From assembly GCA_030704615.1 (NCBI GenBank), contig CM060733.1, positions 54,188,001 to 54,252,000 on the forward strand: a stretch of DNA of 64,000 bases, written 5' to 3'. This document shows positions 11,911 through 25,473 of this stretch, piece after piece. The translations under genes were made by a program, and so were the position numbers. The stretch comes from Takakia lepidozioides (Eukaryota > Plantae > Bryophyta). Numbering within the stretch: position 1 is the stretch's first letter; the number at the start of each line of letters is the position of its first letter. The notes under the pieces are model-generated. The model ran no database searches and was not told the origin of the DNA. It saw nothing but the letters and a program-made list of their open reading frames with translations.

Positions 11911-14900
11911 TCAAAGAAAGGCGGTTTTAATGACCGACTTGCCAGAGTTGATGGAAAGAGCTTGAGAACCCAGCGACAATGACAGGGACAGCGAAAGCGG
12001 CGGGTCTGCATCACCTGCTGGTAAAGGGCATTGTGGAGATGTCGGAGAAAGTGTCGAGCCCATTGCTGGTCTGTCACTAGCTGCCACCTGTCTGCCATGG
12101 ATCAAGCCAGGATCTGCAAGCACCCCAGTTAAAGGAAGAGTACTACACATTGATGGTGGGCGACCTTCGAAGATCATCCGTTGCTGCTGAATCGTGTTCC
12201 CCACCTGCAATCTGGGCTGGTTTGGAGAAACTGAATTTGGAGTTGTAAAAAATCGACTTAGCTCCCCTCCACGAGCAACAGGCTCCACAGAAAAGTGATT
12301 GTGGACATCACGCCAACTCCCCCTTGAACCATGGGTGAAGCTTGGCCTCTGAGGAAGGCTTATGAGGCGTGGCAAGGGAGGCGTATTTGTATTACTTACA
12401 TAAGCAGAATTTTCAACTTTAGTTTGCTGTGCCATGCAACTGAACATTCCTGCCATGGCTGCAGCAACATGGGAATCTCCGGCAGATCTGGCAGAGGTTG
12501 TCAAATGTATTGGCGATGTTCCAGGGGAGGATGTGGATCCCCCTGACAGTCTTGGTGAGGGACTGATCATTTCTTCAACGTGAATCTCTTTCGCACTAGT
12601 GCTTCCAGTGAAGTTAGACGTATATTGGCTGATGCTCATCATGCTGGCCGGCCAAGTGAAACTGCCAGGCGGACGGCACACCTTGAAGCCCGTGTTGCTA
12701 CTTTTCTGGGCGCCTCTATGGTCATGTCGAGGTAGACACTCAATAGGCCGCTTGGGCTCTACACCTGTCACAACTGCAGCTGCACCACTTAGAACCGTGC
12801 AGTTTGTCTGGGATGTCTTCGCTATGTCTCCCGTAGAGATCTCGTGAGGTCGAGTCACCAGACATCCAGAATCACTTCTTCCCAACATCTCTTTCGTTGC
12901 AGCTACATCATTGGTCACTGGGGCGCCTTCAGTGCTGCTGCTAGTCGCGCTATTCAAACCCGTGCCGTGTCTCTTGGAAATTTCATTAGTAGAACTTGGG
13001 AGTCCGACTGATGAGCTTGCTGGTGTCCGAGGTTCGGACATGGAAGCTGGAGGCAAATTGCATGTTCCCTCGCCAACAGAGATGGCCATCAAAGGCATTT
13101 TGTCCCCAGAAACATCAACAAACTGACTCAAGGGTCCCGTGATTAGATGCTGTGAAAATCCAAGTGTATTTAGAATGTACTGGACATCACCCTGCAAAGG
13201 AACATGCAGGCCGGGCCATGTAAGCACACCACAAACTCGTAGCTCAAAGGCCATTTCGATAAACATTTACAACACAGTAATTTCAGGGAGTATGACTTCA
13301 TATTGTACGAGTTGAAAGAACGCAGCTTGAACAAATGCAATTAGTTAATACCTGACGCTTGGTCAAGGGATGAACTTTAGGCCTACATACTACTGGAGGA
13401 TTTAATAATTCCAGGGCACTATATAAGGAGATAACGCCAATTTTTTCATGCAAGCTTCGTTTTTGTTGGTACGCATTTAACGACAGGTTTGCGAGCATGC
13501 TGCGTAACAATTGAGATGTGGTCGAAAAATGTAGTTACCTGCATGACGGAAACCGCCTTGCATACATCTGCAAGCTGACCTTCCAGATCCTTCTTCCCAG
13601 ATTTCAGATGTTCTTGTCGCATTCTCCGCTCCTTTTAATGGTCAAACAGCGTCCGATGTAAAACAGAGGTTAGAACTGCTCTGAAGAAAAAATCCTACCG
13701 GAAATTGACAAGAATATCTCTCCTTTTTTCTCTTTTTGAGCAGTGGAGGACATACGTTCAACACTTATTTGCATATATTTCTACTCGCCTTCGAGTTAAA
13801 GGTAACATCTGTACCTTGGGATTTTGTTCAGCTAATCCGGTTACTCTAATCAAGATGCCTTCTGGATCAAGGGAGATTTACCTCAGAGAGCTGTTGCACT
13901 TCATTTTCGAGTCTCTGAAACCGGTCCAAAGCTGTGCTGAAACTAGATCTGTTTGGAAGATCAGAGTCAACTTCATGCAAGCACTCAGAATGCTTGGACT
14001 CAGAATGTTGAAGATGGATATTGACTCAATATTATATTGCAAGAGACATTTGCATGTGCACTGTTCATGAATCTCCAATATGACTTGGCCGAACTTCCAG
14101 CTCACCTAATTAATTATGTATACCTGTAGCCATAATTGATGCTAGCCTAAAAATTTGAACGTTGGCCCTACGTTTTGGCATCAAGCGAGCTTAGAACTAG
14201 GACATTGCTAGATCTGTATAATTAAAAGAGGCAGAGAAGCGGTCCACCTCAAACATTTCCTCTCAACAGCAAAAGATTAAGAACTGGTAGACCCTAAGCA
14301 CTTACCCAATCTTACGGTCTTGGTCACGCTGCTCTTGCAAGCTGGATAATTCCCTCCTGAAGTCAGTCACTTCCATTGCAATTATCTGGAAAGGAAATTC
14401 CACATCAGGTCGGATTGAGATACACGAACATGTTACTTGTACATCTGAAGGGAAATCCTTTCTGGACGGTTCAAATGCAAACAGAGATTTATTGCTATGT
14501 AACTTTAGACCTGTGTCAGTTCCCATTATCACCTGGATGTATGCGCCAAGTGCGAGAATATCTAAGGAAGGCTCAAAGATTTCAACAAATCTAAATTATG
14601 AAAGACATGGACATCTACGTTGTACCTCTAGCTTTTTGTTCTGCAACTCGTCATCAAATTTGCTGGGGACTTCGTTTGAAGTTGTGCCGTAGTCTTGAGA
14701 CTTCTTCTCAGCAGTGAGAGTTTCAATACCCTTCTCTCTAAATCCTTTAAGTCGGCCACACAGCAGCTTCATTTCACTAGAGGAAAACAAAACAAATTCA
14801 GTTTAGTTAGTCCCCTTCCATTTGGAGGATCCGGACGAGAGCTTAAATAGAATATTCTCTGAATCCTTGCAGGCACACCTGATCTCCTTTGTAGACTAAA

Positions 14901-17895
14901 TTTATGAAGGCGCTGAATCTTGCACTACAAATCCTAATCATTCAGTACAAACTTAATGTAATACTTCATCGAGTGACTGTAGCATCCGGGTACGAAAGCC
15001 AAGTCTTTTTATTGGATTGGTATTCCGAATTACCTCTGGAGCTTTTCTACTGTGTCCTTTAGTTGCTTCATCTCTGCGGCTTCGGAAGAAGACATTCCCC
15101 GACTGACCTCCCACGGTCGCCCTGGTAGATTGTCTCCCGGTTTCCACCCTGGAGGAGGTATCCACGAGGGATCTTCAATGCCAGCAGCTTTTCTTAACTC
15201 CATTAGACTAGAGTCTTCAAGCCAATACTCCATAGCCCCTTCAGCATTATGTCGGCGTCGGAAACGCTCACCGGTGTTTACCACTGTGTCTGTCATGTGC
15301 TTCAACAAGTGGTCAAGTAGTCCAGTGTCTCCGATATGCTTTCTAGCCTCCTCCCTCAAGGCAGGCCTTAGAATGGGCTTTCCTGGAACCGCACCGCGCT
15401 CATGCATAATGTCTATAAGTTTTAGCTGCGCAGATTTGTACCTTCAAATTCCATAGGTGCACATGATCAGCCTTCTAAATACAGACTGGTCAATCTCTAG
15501 CTGTTTCTGCTGATAATTGAGTTATAAATTATGTTTGAATCCACAAGTTTCTTTGAGGATGTTGGTTCTCATGAGCTGAGCCTATGTAGTCAATTATCAA
15601 CGTTGTGATCCAAATTTCAATGGATTGTGGACTTGTAGGTCTACCTCTCACTGGACCAGCGTCCTTGCATGTCTTTTGGAAGCTTGAGAATGTTGACAGC
15701 AGCCCGGACTGGTTGTTTGTTTGGCCTTTCTCTCAAACTCTGAGAACTTGAAGACAAGGCACGCTTAACTCCACGCGAACATGATCTTAAGCCGTATAAC
15801 TCTCCTTGAACTGGACTTGCTACTGGTGTCCATCCGCCACAGTTGGAGTGCAAGAAGTCGTATGGGACAGCGTTGTATTCCTCTTGTGGGCTACTTTGTT
15901 TCTGCTCGTCGATGTGTATAATTCTTCCGTTTTGAGGCTCCAGGTCAAGCGTATTACTATTCATGCCCAAGTCACAGCTATCATTGCTGCGACGAATACC
16001 AAACGTCACCTTCTTTCTGAAACCCCACCGAATCGGCCCTTCACTGCCCTCCCCTTCTCCTAATTCTTCATTGCCCTTGTCTTGAATGTCTCGACCTGCT
16101 CCATTGAAGCCATGCCGTCCATGAGGAAGCGTCAGCTGAGTCAAGAGTTCTGCTGCAGCTTTAACTGTTACCATAGAAATTTCACACGAATTAGCGTTCG
16201 CCTCCTCTGTCGTGGTACCACTTCGCAGGTCCAAACCCGGTTCAGGGGGTGAATTCCTCGTGCCCTTCCACACCTGGCCTTCCATTTTAGGTAGCTGCAT
16301 CATTGTTTCAATTTGTCGAAGATCTCTTGAATTCTTGTCCATGCCGGAGTTTTGAAAGTTGTTGCAAAGATCTTGAGTTACCTGCTCCATTCTTTCCTCA
16401 ACATGAGAACCATTCTGGCCATTGGTATCAACTTGAGACAACGGATCGTAGATGCCATCAGACTTTGATGTGGATGAACCTGCAGCCATACATTTTCCAC
16501 GAATCTGATCTCTATAACTCTTGGCAGGTCCATCGTCAAGAGCCTGTACATCTTTAAAGTTTGCCTCAGAGCTCTGGGTGGAATCTGGTCCAATGAGCCA
16601 AAACGTTTTGAGATGTGCCTGATGCAGATATTCAGTGCATGAGATTGGTCGTACCAAGAGTCTTTCTGCCATTTTTGGAGTCATCACAAACTTGCCATCC
16701 AGTTCAGGCTTCGAGCCCATCAGAGGTTCCACATAACCCAGCTGTAGTTTGTACCTCGTGAGTTTCCGTGGTATGTTCTGCACATCCATGGCATAATCCG
16801 GGGATTTTCCGAAAAAATTCTGCAGCGAATTTGTGCTCGGAAAATTGACTGTGACATGTAGCCTTGTCTTTTCCGAAATCTAGAACCACCAAACACATAT
16901 TTCAGTAATCTTGAGAAAGCTCTAGATACGTGATTAAGCGTTACATCTCATTATCTCCAGGGATCGTCTAAACAATGAATAGATCTAAGTTTTCCAATTA
17001 ATATGACACAGAAATTAGGAGGGGCACACGCACTTGCAGTTGCTGCATTGGCATCAGAGACTCACCTGCTGGATAACGAAGATACTAAAGATACGAGTTC
17101 AGTAGCTTGCGATACTAAATAAATGAAGCAAACTGGTCAAGTTGCATAAGAGAACATTCAGAGATATATATACATATGACCAGAAAAAGGTCATATGGCT
17201 AATCAAGGCGAATCTTGGAGGCTCAGAACAAATGACAACAGGCGCAAAGGCAGCCGTTTGCATATAGCTCGCTCGGTCTCAAAGGATGGGGATTTCTGCT
17301 CGAGCAACCAGCAGAAACCAGATAGCTAGAGTATCTTAGACATGACTTACCACCACAGCACGAACACTCTGGAGATCCGAGGGAGCTTCAGGTGGCAGAT
17401 TCTTCAGATCTATCTCATAGGTGCTTCCCACACTGATAGCTGCAGATCGAACATTAGTTGAGGAATGAGTAAGTGTTAGGCAAAATTCGTTCAGGCATTC
17501 ATGATGTCATGACCATTTTAAGCTCAAGTCAAAACTGTCGAACACATATATGGCAGCCTTGCAACATGGTCCAATCTGAGCTTGTGTTAAGACCTCAATT
17601 CAAAAAGTGAGATTCTCTTCATCACTGAAAACTGAAGGCCCGTGGAAGGAGGAGTACCTGTCATATCATTGGCGTGGTTCATTTCAGTTGTTACGACCTG
17701 AAGTTGATCTGCTTGTAATGGAGAGACTCCTGTACTAGAGTTGCTGCGTATCTTCGTTACTTTGTCTAGTGATTTTCTCGACGAAGACGCGGAACTGAGC
17801 TGCTGATGCTTCTTAGGATTTTGCCCGGCGTCGGTGGCGTTAGTGCCTACAAGATCTTTTGCAGGGTCCTTATTGCAAATGTAAGAGCTCATCAT
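11911..17895 (-). CDS. SWI1: SWI1/DYAD/AMEIOTIC1-family meiotic protein, ~1213 aa, 9 coding exons
   Basis: GT-AG exons 17895-17658, 17439-17351, 16879-15645, 15441-15034, 14776-14626, 14385-14306, 13948-13882, 13631-13539 and 13191-11911 sum to 3642 nt in frame. Hallmark motifs: GSTYEID..LPP, ISEKT...FPS..SL..FF, PELD.KFVM, WG.RKKV, GRWSSERYKSA...LREEARKHIGDTGLLDHLLKHM...RFRRRHNAEGAMEYWLE...WIPPPGWKPGD, then a coiled coil. Confidence 0.93.
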
Positions 17896-17897
17896 GC

Positions 17898-17905
17898 GCG
17901 GGAAA
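17898..17905 (-). promoter_or_regulatory. Candidate E2F site TTTCCCGC next to the SWI1-like start codon
   Basis: Exact canonical E2F motif 2 nt upstream of the ATG; function unproven. Confidence 0.3.
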
Positions 17906-20900
17906 AAGTAATGCTTTCAAGAAACACGTCACGAAGGATCCCGTTTCACCTGAAAACACCATAAAATGTTGTAAATGACTGACTCCGGACGCGCACATAT
18001 TAGAGTTCTAAAACAATCTGCACAACTTCAAATTTTATCATGAGTCGCCTGGCCCTCGTCTTACCCTGGGCCGGTAATGCACGGAGAATGCGTGAAATGA
18101 GGCGCAGAATCTGACTCTCCCTCAGCTTCCCTACAACCAGATTATTTACACATTAATGAGCCGGCTAGAAATATTCAGCGAGGCACACAACTAGCTAGTA
18201 AAGCAGATATTGAACCTCCACCCGCACCTAAAGCCAGAGGAAGGACCTCCGGATCTCCTCCGGATCCATCGCGGAAATGAGAAAACCTCCAAGCTAAAAG
18301 CTCCAAACAGTAGGAATAGTAAAGATGCAGTTCTCGAGAAACCACACCAGAAAATCTACAACTGCAAGTACGTCTCTTACATCACCGCACCGCTTCAAAA
18401 GCTTTGTGGAAAGGGAAATCTCGCCGACGCAAGCAGACGGATCCTGTGTGGGGCCCGCATGTCGGCCGCAATGATGCAGAGTCAAACAGCAAAGGCAGGG
18501 AGGAGCAGAAGGGAGTGAGTGCGATGAAGCAACAAGCGCGAGCGAGAAGGCAGGGTGCAAGGCAGCTCACAGCCGGGTAGCGCATCCATCGCCATCCCCC
18601 GGCTGGCGGATTGCGTCGGGATTCCGTTTCAGCCGTGCGCGCCCACTCCTCCGTCGCATCCGCCCCCATGCATGGCATGGCATGGGCCGGTGAACCACTC
18701 AGAGGGCGAGACCGGCATGGCCCCATGACGGCATGAGGCATGCCAGCATGAGTCCGTGTCAGCCAGGTGTACCTCGCGGCTGTACGTGATGGCGACGTCT
18801 GCATCGTGCGGCCCACATGCAGCATGGCCATCGGCGAATGGCCTCCCCTCTTCTTGGTTTCGCCACTCAGTCTCGCCATTATTCGCCTGTGGGTCCATTC
18901 TCCTGGCAGCACAATAAAAAAGAAATAAGATGAATATTAGCGGTAAATACTGCTAGCTCTGGCATTGGCGAGTGTCGACTCAGCGTTGAAAAAGGGGCGT
19001 CGCGGTCGCCAGGTTCTGGCGCTCTCTGTGCGCACCTTCCCTGTTTTACTAACGGCCTTTTGGCTGTCGTCGTCTACTCAATGCCATGCCTTACCGCGTC
19101 CTCTCTACCCTAAATTAGAGCACAAGCTATCAGTCTTGCAAAAACCTCATAAAGCTGGGCACCCAGTTTTGGGGACCCTCACAAATATCAACTCCTCCTA
19201 GCTCAATACTATGCGTTTCATGCTCTGAGCCCACTTCGAGGGACTGGAATCATACTATTGCGAATCCATGGATGCTTGAAAGAGAAGAATTTTTTTGAGT
19301 TGAAGTACTACATACATGTCTTGATTGCATTTTCTGCCATACAGGGTGATATGATCAATGAATTGGACTTGAAAAGAGCCTTTCGTTCCAGAGTCAGAGT
19401 CGCATTAAAAAATACAGTGACCTGCACCTTTCTGGTACATCATGGGAGGAAAATAAGTAGCTAGGTAATTTACATCCAGTGCAATCCCAACTTTGATGAT
19501 GTCAGCATCAACCTCTTGCCTACTTACAAGGCTCCCGAAAGGCCTACCCAAGTTCTACGTCAAGTAATCTGAGGTATTGAAATGTAATCTGAGCAATACA
19601 CATCCGGATTATATGAATATCTTTAAATGGACGTCTTCATCGAGAGGCCAACTGTTATTCTACGCAGTGGAGCCCGACAAATGGGAAACCGGAATTGGGC
19701 TGAAGGAAGTAGGCCAAAAATATTCCCCGGTCTCTTCCTGATCTCGAATGAGTAGTCTTGTTAATTATGTACAATCATGGGCAGTCCTTCTTGATCCCAA
19801 GGGATGCTTCATTGAGCGGCCCACAATGGGCTACATAGGAAGTTCTTGATTGTGAGAGAGACACAGTCAAGTACAATGAACTACAATCCCTCTTGATTCT
19901 GGATGGGACTAAGCAAGAGCTGAGGCCCACAACCCTTCTTGATCCAGAAGAAGACACGTTTGGATTAAGTACAATGGTCTACTAAAACCTCTGTCTAAGG
20001 CGGATTACCGATAGTTTATAAGTGTCAGTGATTGGTGCAAGTAGAATCCTGAAGTGACAAGCATTAAAAAAAGCCAGCAGTGTTTATTAATGCAAGGTAC
20101 CTGATTTAAACTTCAAGGTCGCTTTTGCTGCAGCTTTATGCCACATGCCTGTTGCCCCTTGGATCAGGACTCTTGCTCCTCAGGGAAGTACCAAAATCAT
20201 GCATCCTTTTCCTCAAGACGTGAACATAAACAGCCCACATATGACTTGACACAGCTCTCTCTCTGCAAGCACGGCGGCCTCACCAAGCTACGAAAAAGCC
20301 ACATCTTTACTCTAGCATTTACTGTCCCAGCTTGTCCACGGCCATGCTTTCCCGCGTTTCCTCCAGAACGTGGAGCCCGGCCTTTTGCTGATTATGTGAG
20401 GCCTTAGAAAGCATATATTAGGCAGCCAGTACTTAACAGCTCACCTGGGCATATTAATCATGATTTGTCATCTGGACTTCTGAAGGAACAAATTGGGATA
20501 GAGGCTCAATCATGTCCCTGCACTCATCTGTTGCACGTCGCCATCGCTATATTCGTTTCAAGTGAAGGCCCACTATTCCGATTCCGCACACGATTCTTCC
20601 TGGAAAGCTGCTGATCTCCCTCTTCACACTTCTTTGCAACATCTGGCATCCACTAGTGGTGGCCTAATGGCCTTATATGGTTCTGGGCTCTCGGTTACGT
20701 GTACAAATATATGCTCACTGATCTAGATACCTTTCTTTCTCTCTATCTTTCTTCGGTATCACCTCGGTGGAAGACCCTCCAAATTTCCAGGAGCTCGGTA
20801 GGCAGATGATGGGCCCCGAAAATTCAGATGGCCCATCTGAAGCTCTGAGCTTCAATGGTGGCAACACAGCCAGCTACTTGCTCAACGCACTATGGGCCGA

Positions 20901-22009
20901 AATGTACTTTGGCCGCGTTTGCTGCACGATATTCACAGCACGCGCTGTGCAATGACTAATTGTTTAATGTATAGCCTGTACAATTCTGCACCAACGTTGA
21001 CATGGAGCCGGGCTTCTTATGAGAAGCTATACGGTGCACGAATTATTTGGCACTCACTAATATGACACTGCGCCCATGACACCAGCCCAAGCTTTCCCTT
21101 TGTTCATGAGCTTCTCTGACACTGCAAGCAAAGCACTCGGACGCTACGCGTTGAACCCAGGATCGCCCAGGCTGCAGCCATCTGGAATATTGGAATTCTC
21201 TAATCTGGTTGTAGATCTGAGACTACATGTGGGCGGTATGTCGACAGGACCAGCATCAGGAGCTTCTTCTCTGCCCCATGCTTGCATATTGTTGTTCACC
21301 AACAGTTCCGTGGCTTCTTCGTCGACAATCTGTCGACTGCACACCGTTCGAAATTTAGAGTGTGAATCCTGGCAGCTGACCAAAGTGAAAGCACAAGCTC
21401 CAGTCGAGAAAGATGGGAGAATTGAGTGACGACCTGAAGTAGTGCAAATCTTTAAGACTGTGAAAAGCAGGAGATCGCAGAGCGTGGGCACAGGCCTGTG
21501 CGCAGTGGCACACGTTAGTCTAAGACCTGGAGCGGTCCACACCGCGGATAGTGGACCCTCCATTCTTGCAATCATACCTTCCCCACTTCGAATCTGCTTA
21601 CCATTGAGGGGACCACCAGAATGGAGGCCAGTGATCGATTTACATGGTTCAATGAAGGGGACTCAGATCTATTGGAGGCCATTGCTGCCCCATTGCTGCA
21701 GGCTGGCAACATGCATATCAGTCTACATGTTCAGATCTGTTCAAAGATGGTTCCTAATTCGCAAAAACTGCATTGAAGACTGTGTGAAAAAAGTTACCTG
21801 TCTATCTGCCTGTAATCTGAGATGACGATGGGCTCCACGGCGTAACAGGAAAAGCGGGAAAATATAAAATTCAAGGCCCGCTAGGCGCTATCTTCATCTG
21901 GTTCTCCCTACATCATTATAAAATTAACTCCCTCCCCCTGTTCTCTTTAAAGAAAAAAAAAAGAAAAAAAACTAAGATTCTTTCTTTCTCTTTTTCTTTT
22001 TTCTTTTTT

Positions 22010-22440
22010 CTTGTTGTGGGGTTAAGCGGCCCTCAGTGAGAGCACGTGACTGCCACTGAGCTACAAAACGGTTCTTTTTCTTTTTTTCCTTTTTTGTTTC
22101 CAGAGACGCGATCCCCAGCCAACTGGCCACGAAACCAACACAGGACAAAGGTAGCAGGATTTGAGCCCCAAACCACTGGGGATTATTTTTCGGGAAAAGG
22201 GAAACACCCTGACTGAGCGGCTCACGCTTAATCATAGCCTAGTCAGAGCAGAAAATAACTCTTTCAAAACCCTCATCATGAGGATAATGGATTGGACACC
22301 TCCCAAGGGAAGGGGAAGAAAATTATTCGATTCTATTATACCACACGGCACAACGTAGCAGGAGTTGAACCTCGATTCAACTGGGTGCACGATCCAACTG
22401 CATGACCGAAAGGCCGGGGAGAACCGCAGGGCGCCAGCCA
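22010..22440 (-). mobile_element. Cluster of tRNA-derived SINE copies and fragments
   Basis: A-box-like TAGCTCAGTGG (~22052-22062) and B-box-like GGGGCTCAAATCC and GGTTCAACTCC. 22195-22415 shares body motifs (GGGAAACACC, GAAAATAAC, ATACCACAC, GTAGCAGGA) with the SINEs at 52.9 and 61.9 kb. Confidence 0.7.
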
Positions 22441-23204
22441 ACCAATGGGGAAAACCGGCCTAGTGGTTTCCAGGAATTTCCGAATGATAAATGAAAACCT
22501 TAGGAAATGGAACCGAGGGAAAAAAAACGGCCGAAGAGGAAATCAACCGGGTGCTTTGCTGTTAGGAAGGATATTTGTCTTTCCATTTCATTGCAGACAG
22601 GATATATGCCTTAGTTGGCAAGGCCTGGACGGATTCCGGCCGTTCCTATATTACAAAAAACAGAACTGCCATTGAAGTTCGCCAAATGGTGGAAATCCAG
22701 CGTGCCAGGCCGGGTTACTCCGACGAAGGGCATTTAGGTGGAAAAATATTGAACTCAAGAGGTTGGGGGCAAACCCTTCCTTAAGTTAGTTGCTCTCGCA
22801 ACCTTGCACTTGCTGCCTGCTGTCACAGCCCACCTGCCCACAGCTCAACATCTTGGTTGAGGTCCTTGCATTTTAGAAGGGTTCAATTCAACTGGTTTGA
22901 GGGCATTGGTAGGTCCAACTCCTATCAAGGATACCATGTTCTTATTTCGTTCTTTTTTTCAATGTGCTTCACTTGTTTGAATTGCTTAAAACTGGTTGTG
23001 TTTTTTTTTTTTTTTTTAAACTTATTGTTGTGCATTTGACACTTGTGTTGTCTTTGTATGAAGCCGATTTTTCACTTTCTTTGTAGAAAGTGAAAAGAGA
23101 AAAATTATAAGGGGGCAATCAAGATGGGTGTGGATGCATCTTAGCAAACTCATATTTCTTTATTAACATGTTTTCGGGTACAGCTGGTCTAACTACATGT
23201 TGCT

Positions 23205-23375
23205 TATATATATATATACGCGCTCCCAAAGGGAGTGTAATCTATGGTGTCTCTTCACCACAAGGGCTACTACCTTCCAGCTGAAAGGTAGACACCTTCC
23301 TGACACACCGGACCATGGTTTGAACCCACAACCACGTCCAACGTGGTATGTGAATATTACTATTGTATGACCTTT
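23205..23375 (-). mobile_element. Probable SINE of a second family with a (TA)n tail
   Basis: B-box-like GGGTTCAAACC; 3' segment CTCCCAAAGGGAG.GTAA..TATGGTGTC recurs at 29780-29808. Confidence 0.45.
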
Positions 23376-23959
23376 GTGGAGGGCACATCCTTGTCTGACT
23401 TTCATGTACAATAAATTGGAACCACTACCTCTATCGAACTAGGTTTTGAGGTGTTGGAACACCTACTAACTTGTCTTTAGCCCCCCTTTCATTCCCCTTT
23501 GTTTGTTGTGGAATACTACTTTCACTGGATACAACTGCGGTGGCCACTTTGCAATGGCTGGTTGATGCATAGACCTACGATAATTGAATGTGAGCAAGAA
23601 CTGAGTTTGCTCTAGTTTATACAGATCTTAGTTTATGATGGTAGTTTGTTGCTACCAACTCTTGTTCTCCTATATGTTCAACCATTTGATCTTCCATTGG
23701 ACATGGGGGTTTGGTGGCCTAATGTCTACAGTCTACACTGAATTTGTTGTTTTTGGGAATTCATCATTTGCAACCTTATGGAACCAAACATCTCATCTTG
23801 TCCTCGCACATTTTCCAGGACAATACTGTTTTGCTACATTGCATTTTGCTTCATACATGATTATAACTGCCATCACAATATGCATATAAGAACTATATAT
23901 CGGTGATACACTCGTTCAGAAAAACATAAATGCATAATGTACGTGGACTTTGTCAAACT

Positions 23960-24290
23960 CCATAGTGACCTTCATGAAGACGTGAATGGCGACATCATAG
24001 GAATGTCACGTCCAGTTACATATTAAATATAATGCATGCCAAAGTTTTGTGCTCCACCATCCAACACATTCCATATGTTGCACAATGGTGAATCAATGAA
24101 CCGTAAGGTCCCGATGAGTGCCGTTAGGATTTCCGTACTGACACATGCATATATGACAATGTTCATGGGGTCTACCGATGAAATCCCACGCAGCAGCACC
24201 ATTTCTTTCGAATAATTTCGCCCACCGCCTACGCACATACACTCGACGTGAATCATCCTCTGAACCATACATTTCCAAGTTCATTGTTGT
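23960..24290 (-). pseudogene. Decayed RING-like zinc-finger coding relic
   Basis: RRWAKLFERNGAAAWDFIGRPHEHCHICMCQYG...H*...HMECVGWW: a C-x2-C ... H-x2-C-x2-W pattern with stops. Confidence 0.35.
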
Positions 24291-24479
24291 GTATTTAAAA
24301 CATATGTCTCTCCAACCCCCATTTTGTATGTTTGTTGTCTTGCATTCAAATATCTACAAGGATTAAATTTGTCGTCTCCATCATCTTCATGTGCCATGCA
24401 ATAAGGGGTCAGCACTTTTTCAGTCTTCCTTCGCCATCGATGTATGACACTGTCCTATAGACACAGTTAGGAGGCATTA

Positions 24480-25423
24480 AGGACGCCCGCAGCCCATTGA
24501 GGGCTTGAGCAAGCGAAGCCAATCGCCGCGCCAGAAAATCAATGCCTCATGAGTCAATTTTTCTGCACATTCTGCACCAAATGCAGAAAAATGACTAAGT
24601 CATTTTAGCGACGCCACAAATGTTGCTTAATGCATAAAAATGAGTTAGTCATTTTTGGGTCGTTTTTTATTTAAAAAAACGACCCGACATGAAAATTTTA
24701 ATTTAATTTATTTTATTTTATTTTATTTTTAAAACCTGAGTGAGTTGCTTCAAAAGATGATGCGACCCAAAATAAGATTAAAAAAAACAAAAATAATAAT
24801 AAATAAATAAATAAAAATCGTTTTTCCAAGCGGGAGTCGCTTTGTGAAAAAAACAAATTTGAAATTTTTTGTAGAGAGATCACTTGTAAAAAACACCCCA
24901 AATGTAACTAAGTTATTTTTTAGTTTCTGCTGTAGAATATGCAAAACAAATGACGCCCTAGGCGTTGCTTTTTGGCTTGGAAGATGAAACTACATTGTTG
25001 AACTATCTTATATGCAATGAAACCATATCATTATGCATAAGTTTTGAAATTAGTATGCTAGTTAGTAGGAAGCGTCTTAGTGTTTCTATAATGTAAAGGT
25101 CTTGAGTTCAAATATGCCTAACATTCTGTCGGAACTTACGACGTGTCAACCTGCGGATAATGTCACGTGGTAGCTATCTGTACATTATAATCCCGCCATT
25201 ATCTTGAATTTTTATTTTTTTAGGAGTTGGTTTAAAAAAATGACGCCTGGCGCGACACATTTTATGGCCGAGAAGCCACCAAGTCACATCCCCGTAATAA
25301 CGACGTTGGAGCGACGACCTGGGGGTCGCTTTTAGGAACTTTACCGCGATGCGGTTTTAGGCGTAAAACGATGGAAGGGGCATCATTTAGGTGTCGTTAC
25401 CACCCCCTCCGAACGATATAGTG
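24480..25423. mobile_element. DNA-transposon terminal region (CACTA-like subterminal repeats, TAGTG end)
   Basis: Repeated (A)nTGACGCC / GCGAC(G/C)CC / GTCGCTTTT motifs in both orientations, ending in TATAGTG at 25417-25423. No matching left TIR found. Confidence 0.4.
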
Positions 25424-25473
25424 AAACGCAAAAAGAAAACGATTGTAGGAAATTGCTATTCATAGATTCCTCG

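Noticed and set aside
17065-17113. Apparent extra SWI1 exon (ends CAG|GTGAG, resembles LRYP)
   Set aside because: The phase-0 reading has a stop, and the true next exon (ISEKT...) starts at 16879 in frame.
19200-21900. Several 60-143-aa ORFs of moderate GC upstream of SWI1
   Set aside because: No motif or consistent frame; may be a decayed retroelement ending at the 21950 A-tail but this cannot be supported.
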